This document shows positions 41,592-51,133 of a stretch of 64,000 nt of DNA, in pieces (the stretch's first letter is position 1; each line of letters begins with the position of its first letter). The position numbers and the translations under genes were made by a program. The stretch covers positions 2,528,001 to 2,592,000 of the forward strand of contig OY970342.1 of assembly GCA_963717505.1 (NCBI GenBank), read 5' to 3'. Source of the stretch: Candidatus Eiseniibacteriota bacterium (GTDB lineage Bacteria; Eisenbacteria; RBG-16-71-46). The notes beneath the pieces are model-generated. The model saw only the letters and a list, made by a program, of their open reading frames with translations. It had not been told where the DNA came from and made no database searches.

Positions 41592-43222
41592 ATGCGCGAC
41601 ACCGGGCGCCCCCGGCGCTGGAGCACCTCGAGATCTCCCGCGGCCTGGGCCCGAATCAGCGCGGCGAAGCCGTGTGCCTCGTCGGGAATCGCGACGTCGG
41701 GATCTTCGTCGGCGGTGATCAACAGGAAGCGTCCGATCGGGGGGCCGCCCTTGTGCAGCTGTCCAGTGGAATGGAGGTAACGGGGACCGTAGCCGAGCGT
41801 CGTCGCCAGGCGAGTGGCGTCGCGCAGCCGGTGGCGGATGGTCTGCAACTGCTCGTGCACCTCGGGCGTTCGGTGAAGGAAGGCGAGGATGGCGATGTAT
41901 TCACCCGGATGGGCCGGTCGCAGGAGTGGATCGAGTGCCGTCACGGTGTCGTCCGAAACATCGGGCTGCCGCGAATGGGACGGGTTCATGGCGGCGCTCG
42001 AATCAGACGGAGGGGGAAGCGACATCCGGCCGAGCACCGTGCGCGTCGCCGCCTTGGCCTCGGCGACGTTGGGTTCGTCGAACGGATTCACGTCGAGCAC
42101 TGCAGCCGCGGTGACCGTGGCGATTTGCCAGCGAAGGAACTCGGCGCCGATTGCCGCCGGCCCGCGATTGTGCCAGCGCAGCACGGGATGGCCCGCGGCC
42201 GCCAGCGCGTCGAGCGCCGGTCCCTGGTTGGCCGACCACGGTACTGCGGAGAACGACACGAATACGCGGTCGTCGCCGTAGACTTCCGGCGGACCGAGGC
42301 GCTCCTCGACCACCGGCAGGATGCCGCGGCCCTGCTTGCCGGTGCTCTCGGCGACGAGCTGCTCGATCCAGTCCCCGAGGGCCTCGATCTCGGGGTCGAG
42401 GATCAGAGTCAACTTGTCGCGGCCTCGGCGCGCGAGCTCGCCGAGGGCGGCGCCGAGCGTGAATCCGTCCGGTACCGAGCGGTCGCCGGGCTCGCCGCGC
42501 GCAGCGTCCTCCTCGGCGCGCACATGATCGAGCAGCGCCATGAGATCGACTCCGAGCAGCGCCGCCGGCACCAGGCCGAAGTAGGAGAGAGCCGAGTAGC
42601 GCCCGCCAATGTCTGCCGAGTTCCGGAACACTCGCCGATATCCACGGTCGGCGGCCAGGCGCTCGAGCGGGGTGTCCGGATCGGTGATCGCGACGAACCC
42701 GCGGCCTGCTCGGCCTGCGAGCGTCGCCTGCGCTCGAGCCCAGAAGTGTCGTTCGAACGAAGTGACTTCGATCGTGGTTCCCGACTTGGAGCCGACCACG
42801 AATAGCGTGTCGGCGGGGTTCGCCTCCGCGGTTACGTCGCGTACCGCGGCCGGCGAGGTGCTGTCGAGCACGATCAACTCGAGCCCGCCCGGCCGACGTG
42901 CGAACGTGCGCGCGAGCACCTCGGGCGCGAGGCTCGATCCGCCCATGCCGAGGAGCACCACGCGCCGGTAACCGTCACGGCGTACTTCGGCGGCGAAGCC
43001 GGCCAGCTCGGACGCGGCCTCGCGCATCGCTGCAGGCGATGACAGCCAGCCGAGCCTCCGGCGCACGACCGCCTGGGTATCGGAATCGGCGCCCCACAGC
43101 GTCGGGTCGCGTTGCCACAGCCGATCCGCGAAGCGCGCCGCCTGCAGGGCTTCGAGGCGTGCCCTCACCGCGTCGGCGGCATCCCCGAGCGAGAACGAAT
43201 CCGGGAGCAGCGAGGCGGCCAC
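41519..43222 (-). CDS. pgi: Glucose-6-phosphate isomerase (Tal-Pgi-type Pgi domain)
   Basis: GMGGSSL, SKSGTTIE, IGGRYSALS, EQLVAESTGK, NPFDEPNV and HSTGQLHKGG. Confidence 0.9.
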   Translation of the reverse strand: MAASLLPDSFSLGDAADAVRARLEALQAARFADRLWQRDPTLWGADSDTQAVVRRRLGWLSSPAAMREAASELAGFAAEVRRDGYRRVVLLGMGGSSLAPEVLARTFARRPGGLELIVLDSTSPAAVRDVTAEANPADTLFVVGSKSGTTIEVTSFERHFWARAQATLAGRAGRGFVAITDPDTPLERLAADRGYRRVFRNSADIGGRYSALSYFGLVPAALLGVDLMALLDHVRAEEDAARGEPGDRSVPDGFTLGAALGELARRGRDKLTLILDPEIEALGDWIEQLVAESTGKQGRGILPVVEERLGPPEVYGDDRVFVSFSAVPWSANQGPALDALAAAGHPVLRWHNRGPAAIGAEFLRWQIATVTAAAVLDVNPFDEPNVAEAKAATRTVLGRMSLPPPSDSSAAMNPSHSRQPDVSDDTVTALDPLLRPAHPGEYIAILAFLHRTPEVHEQLQTIRHRLRDATRLATTLGYGPRYLHSTGQLHKGGPPIGRFLLITADEDPDVAIPDEAHGFAALIRAQAAGDLEVLQRRGRPVSRIHLGSDPLDEIRRFAGERVLGDLK

Positions 43223-43242
43223 TTGAGAAGGGCTCCGTGCCG

Positions 43243-44376
43243 CTAGCGGCCGGCCAGCTCTTTGCGCCGGGCTTCGAGGGCTTCAAGCAGCAGGTCGTAC
43301 GACTGGGCGAACGCGGCCACGCCTTCGGTTTCGAGTTCGTCGATCAATGCGTCGAGCGGAACGCCGAGCGCCGGCAAGCGGGCGAAGATCGCGCGCGCGA
43401 CTTCGAGGTCGCGTTCGATGGTGAGCTCGACCGTGCCGTGATCGTTGAACGCTGCCAGCGTCTGCGGCGGCATGGTGTTCACCGTGTCGCGTCCGATCAA
43501 CTCGTCGACATAGAGCGTGTCGGGGTACGCGGGATTCTTGGTGCTGGTCGAGGCCCACAACGGGCGTTGCACGCGTGCGCCGCGAGTACGCAGTGCCGCG
43601 AAGCGCGTGCTGGAGAACGCCTTGCGAAAACGCTCGTAGGCCAGGCGGGCGTTGGCGATCGCGGCGTGCCCGCGGAACGAATCCAGCTCGTCGCGCCGCT
43701 CCCCGGCGGGCATCTCGGCGACCGCGGCCTCGATCGCGGCATCGACCTTGGTATCGACGCGCGACACGAAGAACGACGCGACCGAGACCACCGGTTCGAG
43801 CGGCTTCTGCGTCGACGCCAGCCGCTCGAGCCCCTTGAAGTACGCATTCAGCACCTGCCCGTATCGCGCAAGCGAGAAGATGAGCGTGACGTTGACGCAG
43901 ATGCCGGCGCCGGTCAGCGTGGCGATCGCGGGAATGCCTTCTGCAGTCGCCGGCACCTTGATCATCACGTTGGGCCGGTTGACCAGCCGGTGCAGACGGA
44001 TGCCCTCGTCGGTGGTCGCGCGCGTGTCGTGCGCGAAGCGCGGACTGACCTCGATGCTCACCCGGCCATCGAGTCCGCCGGTCGTGTCGAACACCTTGCG
44101 CAGGTGATCGCACGCGAGCTGGATGTCCTCGATGGTCAGTACATCGAACAACTCGTGGGAACCGAGTCCGCCCTGCACGCCCCGTTCGAGGGCCGCGTCG
44201 TAGTCCGAACTCCCGGTGATCGCCTGGTGGAAGATGGTCGGATTCGAGGTCACGCCGACCACCCCCGACTCCCGGACCATGCGGTCGAACTCGCCCGATG
44301 CGAGGTGGCCGCGCCGGATGAAGTCGAGCCACACGCTCTGGCCGAGGGTTCTCAGTTGTCCGGCACGACTCTGCAT
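43243..44376 (-). CDS. tal: Transaldolase
   Basis: QSVWLD, TSNPTIF, MIKVPAT, NVTLIFS, SFFVSRVD and LWASTSTK. Confidence 0.95.
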   Translation of the reverse strand: MQSRAGQLRTLGQSVWLDFIRRGHLASGEFDRMVRESGVVGVTSNPTIFHQAITGSSDYDAALERGVQGGLGSHELFDVLTIEDIQLACDHLRKVFDTTGGLDGRVSIEVSPRFAHDTRATTDEGIRLHRLVNRPNVMIKVPATAEGIPAIATLTGAGICVNVTLIFSLARYGQVLNAYFKGLERLASTQKPLEPVVSVASFFVSRVDTKVDAAIEAAVAEMPAGERRDELDSFRGHAAIANARLAYERFRKAFSSTRFAALRTRGARVQRPLWASTSTKNPAYPDTLYVDELIGRDTVNTMPPQTLAAFNDHGTVELTIERDLEVARAIFARLPALGVPLDALIDELETEGVAAFAQSYDLLLEALEARRKELAGR

Positions 44377-44392
44377 CGAGATCTCCTTGCGT

Positions 44393-44944
44393 TTACTTGG
44401 CGCGCGCCGTGGCGATCCAGACCATGCGGCCCTCGGGATCCCGCATCCACGCGGCCCGATGCCCCCAGGGCATGTCCGACGGCGGCTGCTCGAAGCTCAC
44501 GCCCTGGGCGACCAGTCGCGCATGCGCCGCGTCGACGTCGGCGACCAGGAAGTAGAGGGCCGGCTCGCGCGGCGGCCGCCATTGTTCGGGCGGGCCCGGC
44601 GCCGGCGCCATGAAGCCGAGCGTCGAAGTCTTCGACAGGTGCACGGTCAAGTACTCGTGGCCGGAATCGTACGTGCTCGCGAAGCCCAGCGTTTCGGCGT
44701 AGAAGCGACGCACGGCTTCGAGGTCGTGGGTCGTGTAGTCGAGATGCGGGAGCGCCGAGCCGAGACCGCGGACGGCCGCAGTGGCGTGGCGCGCCGTCGT
44801 GCGCGCCGAGCGCTTGCGAGGGGATCGGGTGACGCTCGGCGATCGGCCGCGTCCGGTTCGAGCGGCTCGCGGGCGCGACGCGCTGCGTTTGGTGCGAACC
44901 ACACGTTTGCGGCGCGTCGGCTTGGATTTCCTGCGGGCCGCCAT
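44393..44944 (-). CDS. VOC/glyoxalase-family protein with Arg/Lys-rich N-terminal tail
   Basis: FYAETLGF, LYFLVADVD and DMPWGHRAAWMRDPEG; about 55 aa basic N-terminus. Confidence 0.82.
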   Translation of the reverse strand: MAARRKSKPTRRKRVVRTKRSASRPRAARTGRGRSPSVTRSPRKRSARTTARHATAAVRGLGSALPHLDYTTHDLEAVRRFYAETLGFASTYDSGHEYLTVHLSKTSTLGFMAPAPGPPEQWRPPREPALYFLVADVDAAHARLVAQGVSFEQPPSDMPWGHRAAWMRDPEGRMVWIATARAK

Positions 44945-45011
44945 CTGGGATTCCCCGATTCCGTCAATAGAGAAGTGGACGACCGCAGAATGCACGTTCA
45001 ACGCGCCGGGT

Positions 45012-47048
45012 TCAACGTCCTCGCAGGTGACCGGTGATACGGGCAACCACCTGGTCGGGCGTGAATCCGAAGTGCTCCTGCAATTCGGCGAGCGGCGCCG
45101 ACGCCCCGAACGTGTCGATCCCGATCGCGAGGCCGCGCTCGCCGACGAAACGTCGCCAGTAGTCGGTCAGCCCCGCCTCAATAGACACGGTGGCGGCGCC
45201 CGGTGGCAGGACGGAATCGCGGTAGGCGGCGTCCTGTTCGAGGAATCTCTGGGGCGCCGGGAGACTCGCCACGCAGACGCTCGAGCCGTCGGCTTCGAGG
45301 CGCGTCGCGGCCTCGAGTGCCACCCATAGCTCGGATCCGGTCGCGATCAGCGTCACCGACGGAGCGTGGCCGGGGAGTTTCGCGGCCTCGCGCACCAGGT
45401 AACCGCCACGGCGAATCACGGCCGGATCGAAATCGGGGGCCCGCGCGATCGCCGGCAGGCTCTGCCGGGTCAGCGCCAGCAGCGTCGGACCGTCGCGCCG
45501 CTCGAGCGCCATGGCCCAGGCGGCCGCGGTCTCGAGCCCGTCCGCCGGCCGGATCACCAGCAGGTTCGGGATCGCGCGCAGCGTCGTCAGGTGCTCGATT
45601 GGCTGGTGCGTCGGGCCGTCCTCGCCGAGGAACACGCTGTCGTGCGTGAACACCCAGATCGTCTGCTGGCGCATCAGCGCCGACAGCCGGATCGCCGGCC
45701 GAGCGTAGTCGGTGAACACCAGGAACGAAGCAGCGTAGGGAATGAAGGCGCCGGAGAGCGCGAGCCCGTTGACGATGGCGCCCATCGCGTGCTCGCGCAC
45801 GCCGAAATGGAAATTGCGTCCATCGTAGGCGCCGCGCTGGACCGACCCCGAGTTCTGGATGCGTGTCTTGGTCGAAGGCTCGAGGTCGGCGCTGCCGCCG
45901 ACCAGCGCCGGGACGCATGCGGCCGCCTGTTGCAGGATCTGGCCGCCGTGAGCGCGCGTGGCTCCGGCGCCGGTGGGAGCGGTCGCGACCAGGCGGGTGA
46001 ACACGTCCGCGGGAACGCGCCGTTCCACCAAGGCGTCCCAGGCCGCTGCCCGCTGCGGATGCTGGACGCGCCAATCCTGCATGCGCGCCCGCCAGGCATC
46101 GTACTCGGGTCGCAACTCGTCGGCTCGGCGTGCGAATCGGGCACGCACCTCGTCGGGGACGAAGAACGCGGGCGACTCCGGCCAGCCGAGGGCGCGTTTG
46201 GCGGCCGCGGCTTCCTCGGGGCCGAGCGGTTCGCCGTGCGCGTGCGCCGTGTCTTGTTTCTTGGGCGCGCCGTAACCGATGTGGCTCCGGGTGATCACCA
46301 GACTCGGGTGGTCGCGATCGGCGATCGCTCGCTCGATCGCGCCGGCGACGGCTTCGTGGTCCTCGGCGGCGACCCTCTGCACCTGCCAGCCATAGGCCTC
46401 GAACCTGCGCCCGGCGTCCTCGGTGAACGTCAGGTCGGTGGCGCCCTCGATCGAGATCCGGTTGTCGTCGTAGAGGTAGATGAGATTGCCGAGGCCCCAG
46501 TGTCCGGCCAGCGACGCCGCCTCCGAGGCCACGCCCTCCATGAGGTCGCCGTCGCTCACGATGCCGAACACCCGGTGGCGGATCGGCTCGAAGCCCGGTT
46601 CGTTCACGCGCGCGGCGAGCATGCGGGCCGCGAGCGCCATGCCGACGCCGTTTCCGAAACCCTGGCCGAGTGGTCCGGTGGTGGTCTCGACTCCGGGCGC
46701 CAATCCGTGTTCGGGGTGTCCCGGCGTGCGACTGCCCAGGCGGCGGAACTTCTGCAGCTCGCTCATCGGCAGGTCGTAGCCGGCGAGGTGGAGTACGGCG
46801 TAGAGCAGCATCGAGCCGTGACCCGCCGACAACACGAAACGATCGCGGTCGGGCCAGTCGGGATCCTGCGGTTGGTAGCGCAGGAACCGCGTCCACAGGA
46901 CGTAGGCGACGTCCGCCATCCCCATCGGCATTCCCGGATGACCGGACTTGGCCCGTTCGACCGCGTCGACGGCGAGGAACCGGATCGTGTTCACCGCGAG
47001 TTGATCGAGTGCCGCGGGGCTCAGCATGGCGGGAACGGAAGGGTTCAC
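45012..47048 (-). CDS. tkt: Transketolase
   Basis: SGHPGMP, DRFVLSAGHGS, GDLMEG, GVREHAM and THDSVFLGEDGPTHQP. Confidence 0.96.
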   Translation of the reverse strand: MNPSVPAMLSPAALDQLAVNTIRFLAVDAVERAKSGHPGMPMGMADVAYVLWTRFLRYQPQDPDWPDRDRFVLSAGHGSMLLYAVLHLAGYDLPMSELQKFRRLGSRTPGHPEHGLAPGVETTTGPLGQGFGNGVGMALAARMLAARVNEPGFEPIRHRVFGIVSDGDLMEGVASEAASLAGHWGLGNLIYLYDDNRISIEGATDLTFTEDAGRRFEAYGWQVQRVAAEDHEAVAGAIERAIADRDHPSLVITRSHIGYGAPKKQDTAHAHGEPLGPEEAAAAKRALGWPESPAFFVPDEVRARFARRADELRPEYDAWRARMQDWRVQHPQRAAAWDALVERRVPADVFTRLVATAPTGAGATRAHGGQILQQAAACVPALVGGSADLEPSTKTRIQNSGSVQRGAYDGRNFHFGVREHAMGAIVNGLALSGAFIPYAASFLVFTDYARPAIRLSALMRQQTIWVFTHDSVFLGEDGPTHQPIEHLTTLRAIPNLLVIRPADGLETAAAWAMALERRDGPTLLALTRQSLPAIARAPDFDPAVIRRGGYLVREAAKLPGHAPSVTLIATGSELWVALEAATRLEADGSSVCVASLPAPQRFLEQDAAYRDSVLPPGAATVSIEAGLTDYWRRFVGERGLAIGIDTFGASAPLAELQEHFGFTPDQVVARITGHLRGR

Positions 47049-47100
47049 GGGACCTCCGGGCGGTTCGCGAGAAGGTGGCACGTCGGCTCGTGGATCCAAT

Positions 47101-48075
47101 TCAGGAACGGGTGCGCGCGTATTCGCCGGCGCCCCACAACGCGGTTCGCGGCTCGAGGATCAGTGCCACCGGAATCGTCTCGAGGACCGGCTCGAGCCGT
47201 CCCTTGTCGCGGAACGTTCGGGCAAAACGGCCGTCGGCGAGAAACGGACGGATCCGGGGCGCGATCCCGCCGCCAATATAGACGCCTCCGGTGGCAAACG
47301 CCTTGAGGGCGAGATTGCCCGCCTCGGCGGCGCAACAATCGACGAACAACTCGATCGCCATTCGGGCGCGCGGGCAAATGCCGGCGACCGCGGCATCGGT
47401 CACGACCGCGGCCACGTCGGGGGCGGTTCGCAGCGTATCGGGGAAGCCCGCGGGCTCCTCGCCGCGATCGGTCTCGGTCAGGAACCGGTAGAGATCGGCG
47501 ATCCCGGGCCCGGACAGGACGCGCTCGTAGCTGACGTGTCCGTAGCGCGCGCGCAGCCAGAGCAGCAGCTCGTCCTCGAGCGGCGAGCGCGGGGCGAAAT
47601 CGACGTGTCCGCCTTCAGAGGCGTGACCCGCCCACTGGCCGTCGGCCTGAATCATCATCGCCTCGCCCAGGCCGGTCCCGGGCGCGATCAGCGCGCGCGC
47701 GCCTCCGTCACCAATGCCCGGTTTGATCGGGAGCAAGTCGTCGTCGTCGAGCACCGGCAGCCCCCAGCCGGTCGCAGCGAGGTCGTTGAGCAGCGTCACC
47801 GGCCGATCGAGACGGCGCCCGAGGGCATCGCCGTCGACGGTCCACGGCAGATTGGTGGTCTCGCACCGATTGTCGCGCACCGGACCCGCGATGCCGAGCA
47901 CCATGCGGGTGGGCCGATCGCTGGCCGAGGCCAGGAAGTCATCGATCAGGGCGTCGAGGGTCGAGAATTCGCGGGTCGCCCGCCGGCCTTCGAAGCGCGG
48001 ACGGCGTGGAGGATCCCCGCGCTCGAACAGCGCCAGATTGGCCTTGGTGCCGCCGATGTCGCCGGCGAGGATCAT
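47101..48075 (-). CDS. glk: Glucokinase
   Basis: ILAGDIGGT, TNLPW, LLND, PGTGLG, SEGGH and ERVLSGPG. Confidence 0.95.
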   Translation of the reverse strand: MILAGDIGGTKANLALFERGDPPRRPRFEGRRATREFSTLDALIDDFLASASDRPTRMVLGIAGPVRDNRCETTNLPWTVDGDALGRRLDRPVTLLNDLAATGWGLPVLDDDDLLPIKPGIGDGGARALIAPGTGLGEAMMIQADGQWAGHASEGGHVDFAPRSPLEDELLLWLRARYGHVSYERVLSGPGIADLYRFLTETDRGEEPAGFPDTLRTAPDVAAVVTDAAVAGICPRARMAIELFVDCCAAEAGNLALKAFATGGVYIGGGIAPRIRPFLADGRFARTFRDKGRLEPVLETIPVALILEPRTALWGAGEYARTRS

Positions 48076-48122
48076 GACGTCTCCTGCTCCGGGTCCCGGG
48101 TCACGTGCATCGAAGCGGTATC

Positions 48123-49082
48123 ATGAACGCCTCCCAATCCCAACCGCGCTCGCCCTCCCGCACGCGGCCCCACTTTCCGGTTCGAGCAGCCATGGCCGAC
48201 TTGACGTCGTCGATCGGAAACACACCCCTGGTGCCGGTGACCGGGCTCGAGATTTCCGAGCGTGTGCAGGTGTTCGGCAAAGCCGAGTGGCGAAATCCCG
48301 GCGGGTCGGTCAAGGACCGCGCGGCCTGGGCCATCGTGCGTGGTGCGGAGGATCAGGGCCTGCTGCCGGCGCGGACGCTGCTCGATGCCACGTCGGGCAA
48401 CACCGGCATCGCCTACGCGTGGATCGGTACTGCCCGTGGCTTCGCCGTGACCTTGTGCGTGCCGGCCAACGCCAGTCCGGCACGGCTCGAGCTCATGACG
48501 CTTCACGGGGCGAGCCTGATCCTGACCGACCGCATGGAGGGGACCGATGGCGCTCAGCGTGTCGCGCGCGCGATGGCCGCGGCCGAGCCCGAGCGCTTCT
48601 TCTACGCGGATCAGTACTCGAATCCAGCCAATGCGCGCGCGCACTACGAGACGACGGCCGCCGAAATCTGGGACCAGACGCGCCGCACGGTCACCCACGT
48701 GGTCGCCGGCATCGGCACGTCGGGAACATTGGTCGGCACCGCGTCGCGATTGCGCGAGCTGTCGCCGAGTGTGACCATGGTGGCGGTTCAGCCCGACTCG
48801 CCCTACCACGCGCTGGAGGGCCTCAAGCATTTGGAGACCGCCATGACGCCCGCCCTCTACGATCCCAGAGCCCACGACCGGATCGAGGTCGTGTCGAGCG
48901 AGGCGGCGATCGACATGGCGCGCCGGCAGGCCCTCCAGGGGCTGCCGATCGGCGCTTCGGCGGGAGCCGCACTGGTCGTGGCCGAGCGGGTCGCGCGCTC
49001 ACTGGACCGCGGCGTGATCGTGGCGATCCTTCCCGACGGCGCCGACCGCGACGTTGCGCCGGCGCGACCGGAGGGGCCGTGA
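48123..49082 (+). CDS. PLP-dependent cysteine synthase family protein (CysM-like); start may be ATG 48192
   Basis: IGNTPL, NPGGSVKDR, ATSGNTG, DQYSNPAN and GIGTSGT. Confidence 0.9.
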   Translation: MNASQSQPRSPSRTRPHFPVRAAMADLTSSIGNTPLVPVTGLEISERVQVFGKAEWRNPGGSVKDRAAWAIVRGAEDQGLLPARTLLDATSGNTGIAYAWIGTARGFAVTLCVPANASPARLELMTLHGASLILTDRMEGTDGAQRVARAMAAAEPERFFYADQYSNPANARAHYETTAAEIWDQTRRTVTHVVAGIGTSGTLVGTASRLRELSPSVTMVAVQPDSPYHALEGLKHLETAMTPALYDPRAHDRIEVVSSEAAIDMARRQALQGLPIGASAGAALVVAERVARSLDRGVIVAILPDGADRDVAPARPEGP

Positions 49083-49513
49083 GCCTCACGTTGCGCGCCC
49101 GCGCGAACGAGATCGTCCATTCGCACTTGTGTCGCAGCTATCCCGAGGAGGGCTGCGGCGTGCTCCTCGGGACCGACTCCGGCGGCATGCGCCTGGTCGA
49201 GCGGGCCGAGCCGGTGGCGAACCAGCGAACCGATTCGCGCGGAAACCGCTACCTGATCTCTCCCGAACACCTGTTGGGCGCCGAACGCGGAGCGCGTGAG
49301 AACGATTGGGACGTGCTGGGTTTCTTCCACTCGCATCCCGATCACCCGCCCGTGCCGTCGGCCTTCGATCTCGAGAACGCCTGGCCCTTCTACTCGTATT
49401 TGATCGTCAGCGTCGTGGCCGGCGCCGTGGTCGAATTGCGATCCTGGCGCCTGGCCGACGACCGCGGGGCCTTCGAGCCCGAAACCCTCGAGTTGTTGTC
49501 CGACGCGACCTAG
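49079..49513 (+). CDS. JAB/MPN (Mov34, Mec-like) metalloprotease
   Basis: YPEEGCG and JAMM motif HSHPDHPPVPSAFD; GTGA overlap with the cysteine synthase stop. Confidence 0.92.
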   Translation: MSLTLRARANEIVHSHLCRSYPEEGCGVLLGTDSGGMRLVERAEPVANQRTDSRGNRYLISPEHLLGAERGARENDWDVLGFFHSHPDHPPVPSAFDLENAWPFYSYLIVSVVAGAVVELRSWRLADDRGAFEPETLELLSDAT

Positions 49514-49570
49514 GACCGGCCGCTTTCGCCGCCGGCCCGGAGCGCGGCGGAAACGCGGAGACCACAGGAC

Positions 49571-51073
49571 ATGAGTCCGAACATTCGAATCCATCTGCCG
49601 ACGCCGCTGCGTGCGCATGCCGGCCAACAGGCCATCATCGAAATCGAAGCCGACACCGTCGGGAACGCCCTGCGCGAGCTGGCGCGCCGACACCCGGGGC
49701 TCGAGCGCCACCTCTACGATGGCGACGGCGCGCTCAGGCGCTACGTCAACGTGTATCGAAACCAAGAGGACATCCGCGGGCTCGGTCGCGAGGCCGCGAG
49801 TCTCAGCGCCGGGGACACGCTGTCGATCGTGCCCAGCATCGCCGGCGGGAGCGAGCCGTCGAAGCCCGGTGCCCGCGCGGCGAACCCCGGCCGGCCGAAG
49901 CTACCGCCGCCCGACTGGCAGACGGGCGCCGACGGACTGCCGGCGCTCTCGCAGGACGAACTCTTCCGCTACAGCCGGCACTTGATCCTGCCCGACGTCG
50001 GGCTCCAGGGGCAGCGCCGGCTCAAGGCGGCGAGCGTCCTGTGTGTCGGCGCCGGCGGTCTGGGTTCGCCGCTCAGCCTCTACCTGGCGGCGGCGGGAGT
50101 GGGGCGCATCGGACTGGTCGACGACGACCGTGTCGACGCCAGCAACCTGCAGCGCCAGATCCTCTACGGCACCTCGCAGGTCGGAGTCCCCAAGCTCGAA
50201 GCGGCGCGCGCGCGGCTGGCCGACCTGAACCCGGAAGTTCGCGTCGAAGTGCACCCGACCCGTTTGACCAGCGCCAACGCCATGGAGCTGCTCGCTCCTT
50301 ACGACGTCGTGGTCGACGGCACCGACAACTTCCCGACGCGATATCTGGTGAACGACGCGTGCACGCTGCTCGGCAAGCCGAACGTCTACGGCAGCATCTT
50401 CCGCTTCGAGGGTCAGGCGAGCGTGTTCGACGCGCGCAAGGGGCCATGCTACCGCTGCCTGTACCCGGATCCGCCGCCGCCCGGGCTCGTGCCCTCGTGC
50501 GCGGAGGGCGGCGTTCTGGGTGTGCTGCCCGGCGTGATCGGGGTCATTCAGGCGATCGAGACCCTCAAGCAGATCCTCGGGGCCGGCGAGTCGCTGGTCG
50601 GGCGCCTGTTGTTGTTCGACGCGCTGGCTCTGCGCTTTCGCGAGCTGACGCTGCGCAAGGATCCCGACTGCCCGCTGTGCGGCCGCCAGCCGACGATCAC
50701 CGCGCTCGTGGACTACGAAGCGTTCTGCGGACTCGACACCGTGCCCCGCGCCGACGGTTGGGAAATCGCAGCGACGGAGCTCCGCGACCGACTCGCGCGC
50801 GGCGACGACCTGCTGCTGGTCGACGTGCGCGAGCCCGACGAGTTCGCGATCGCGCGCATCGAAGGCGCCACCCTGATCCCGCTCAACACGATTCCCGAGC
50901 GCATGCACGAATTCGACTCGGGCCGCGAGATCGTGCTGCACTGCCACAAGGGCGTGCGCAGCCTGCGGGCGCTCGAGCTGCTGCGCCAGTCCGGGTTCCA
51001 GAAGCTGAAGAGCCTGCGTGGCGGAATCGAGGCGTGGTCGCAGGACGTGGATCCTGGGGTTCCGCGTTATTGA
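49571..51073 (+). CDS. MoaD/ThiS/CysO-like Ubl fused to MoeB/MoeZ-like E1 and rhodanese domains
   Basis: IHLPTPLR...YVNVYRN...IVPSIAGG (residue 93), linker, RYSRH, GAGGLG, SNLQRQ, CYRC, PSCAEGG, CPLC, DVRE and LHCHKGVRS. Confidence 0.92.
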   Translation: MSPNIRIHLPTPLRAHAGQQAIIEIEADTVGNALRELARRHPGLERHLYDGDGALRRYVNVYRNQEDIRGLGREAASLSAGDTLSIVPSIAGGSEPSKPGARAANPGRPKLPPPDWQTGADGLPALSQDELFRYSRHLILPDVGLQGQRRLKAASVLCVGAGGLGSPLSLYLAAAGVGRIGLVDDDRVDASNLQRQILYGTSQVGVPKLEAARARLADLNPEVRVEVHPTRLTSANAMELLAPYDVVVDGTDNFPTRYLVNDACTLLGKPNVYGSIFRFEGQASVFDARKGPCYRCLYPDPPPPGLVPSCAEGGVLGVLPGVIGVIQAIETLKQILGAGESLVGRLLLFDALALRFRELTLRKDPDCPLCGRQPTITALVDYEAFCGLDTVPRADGWEIAATELRDRLARGDDLLLVDVREPDEFAIARIEGATLIPLNTIPERMHEFDSGREIVLHCHKGVRSLRALELLRQSGFQKLKSLRGGIEAWSQDVDPGVPRY

Positions 51074-51133
51074 CGTTCCAGTGACGCTTCCCGACTTGCG
51101 CGACGACTCCCGGGCGGCGAAACTTCCGCACCG

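Noticed and set aside
43200-43260. Bifunctional Tal-Pgi fusion broken by an error
   Set aside because: tal has a clean TAG and pgi has its own GGAG and GTG in another frame, so split genes are adequate.
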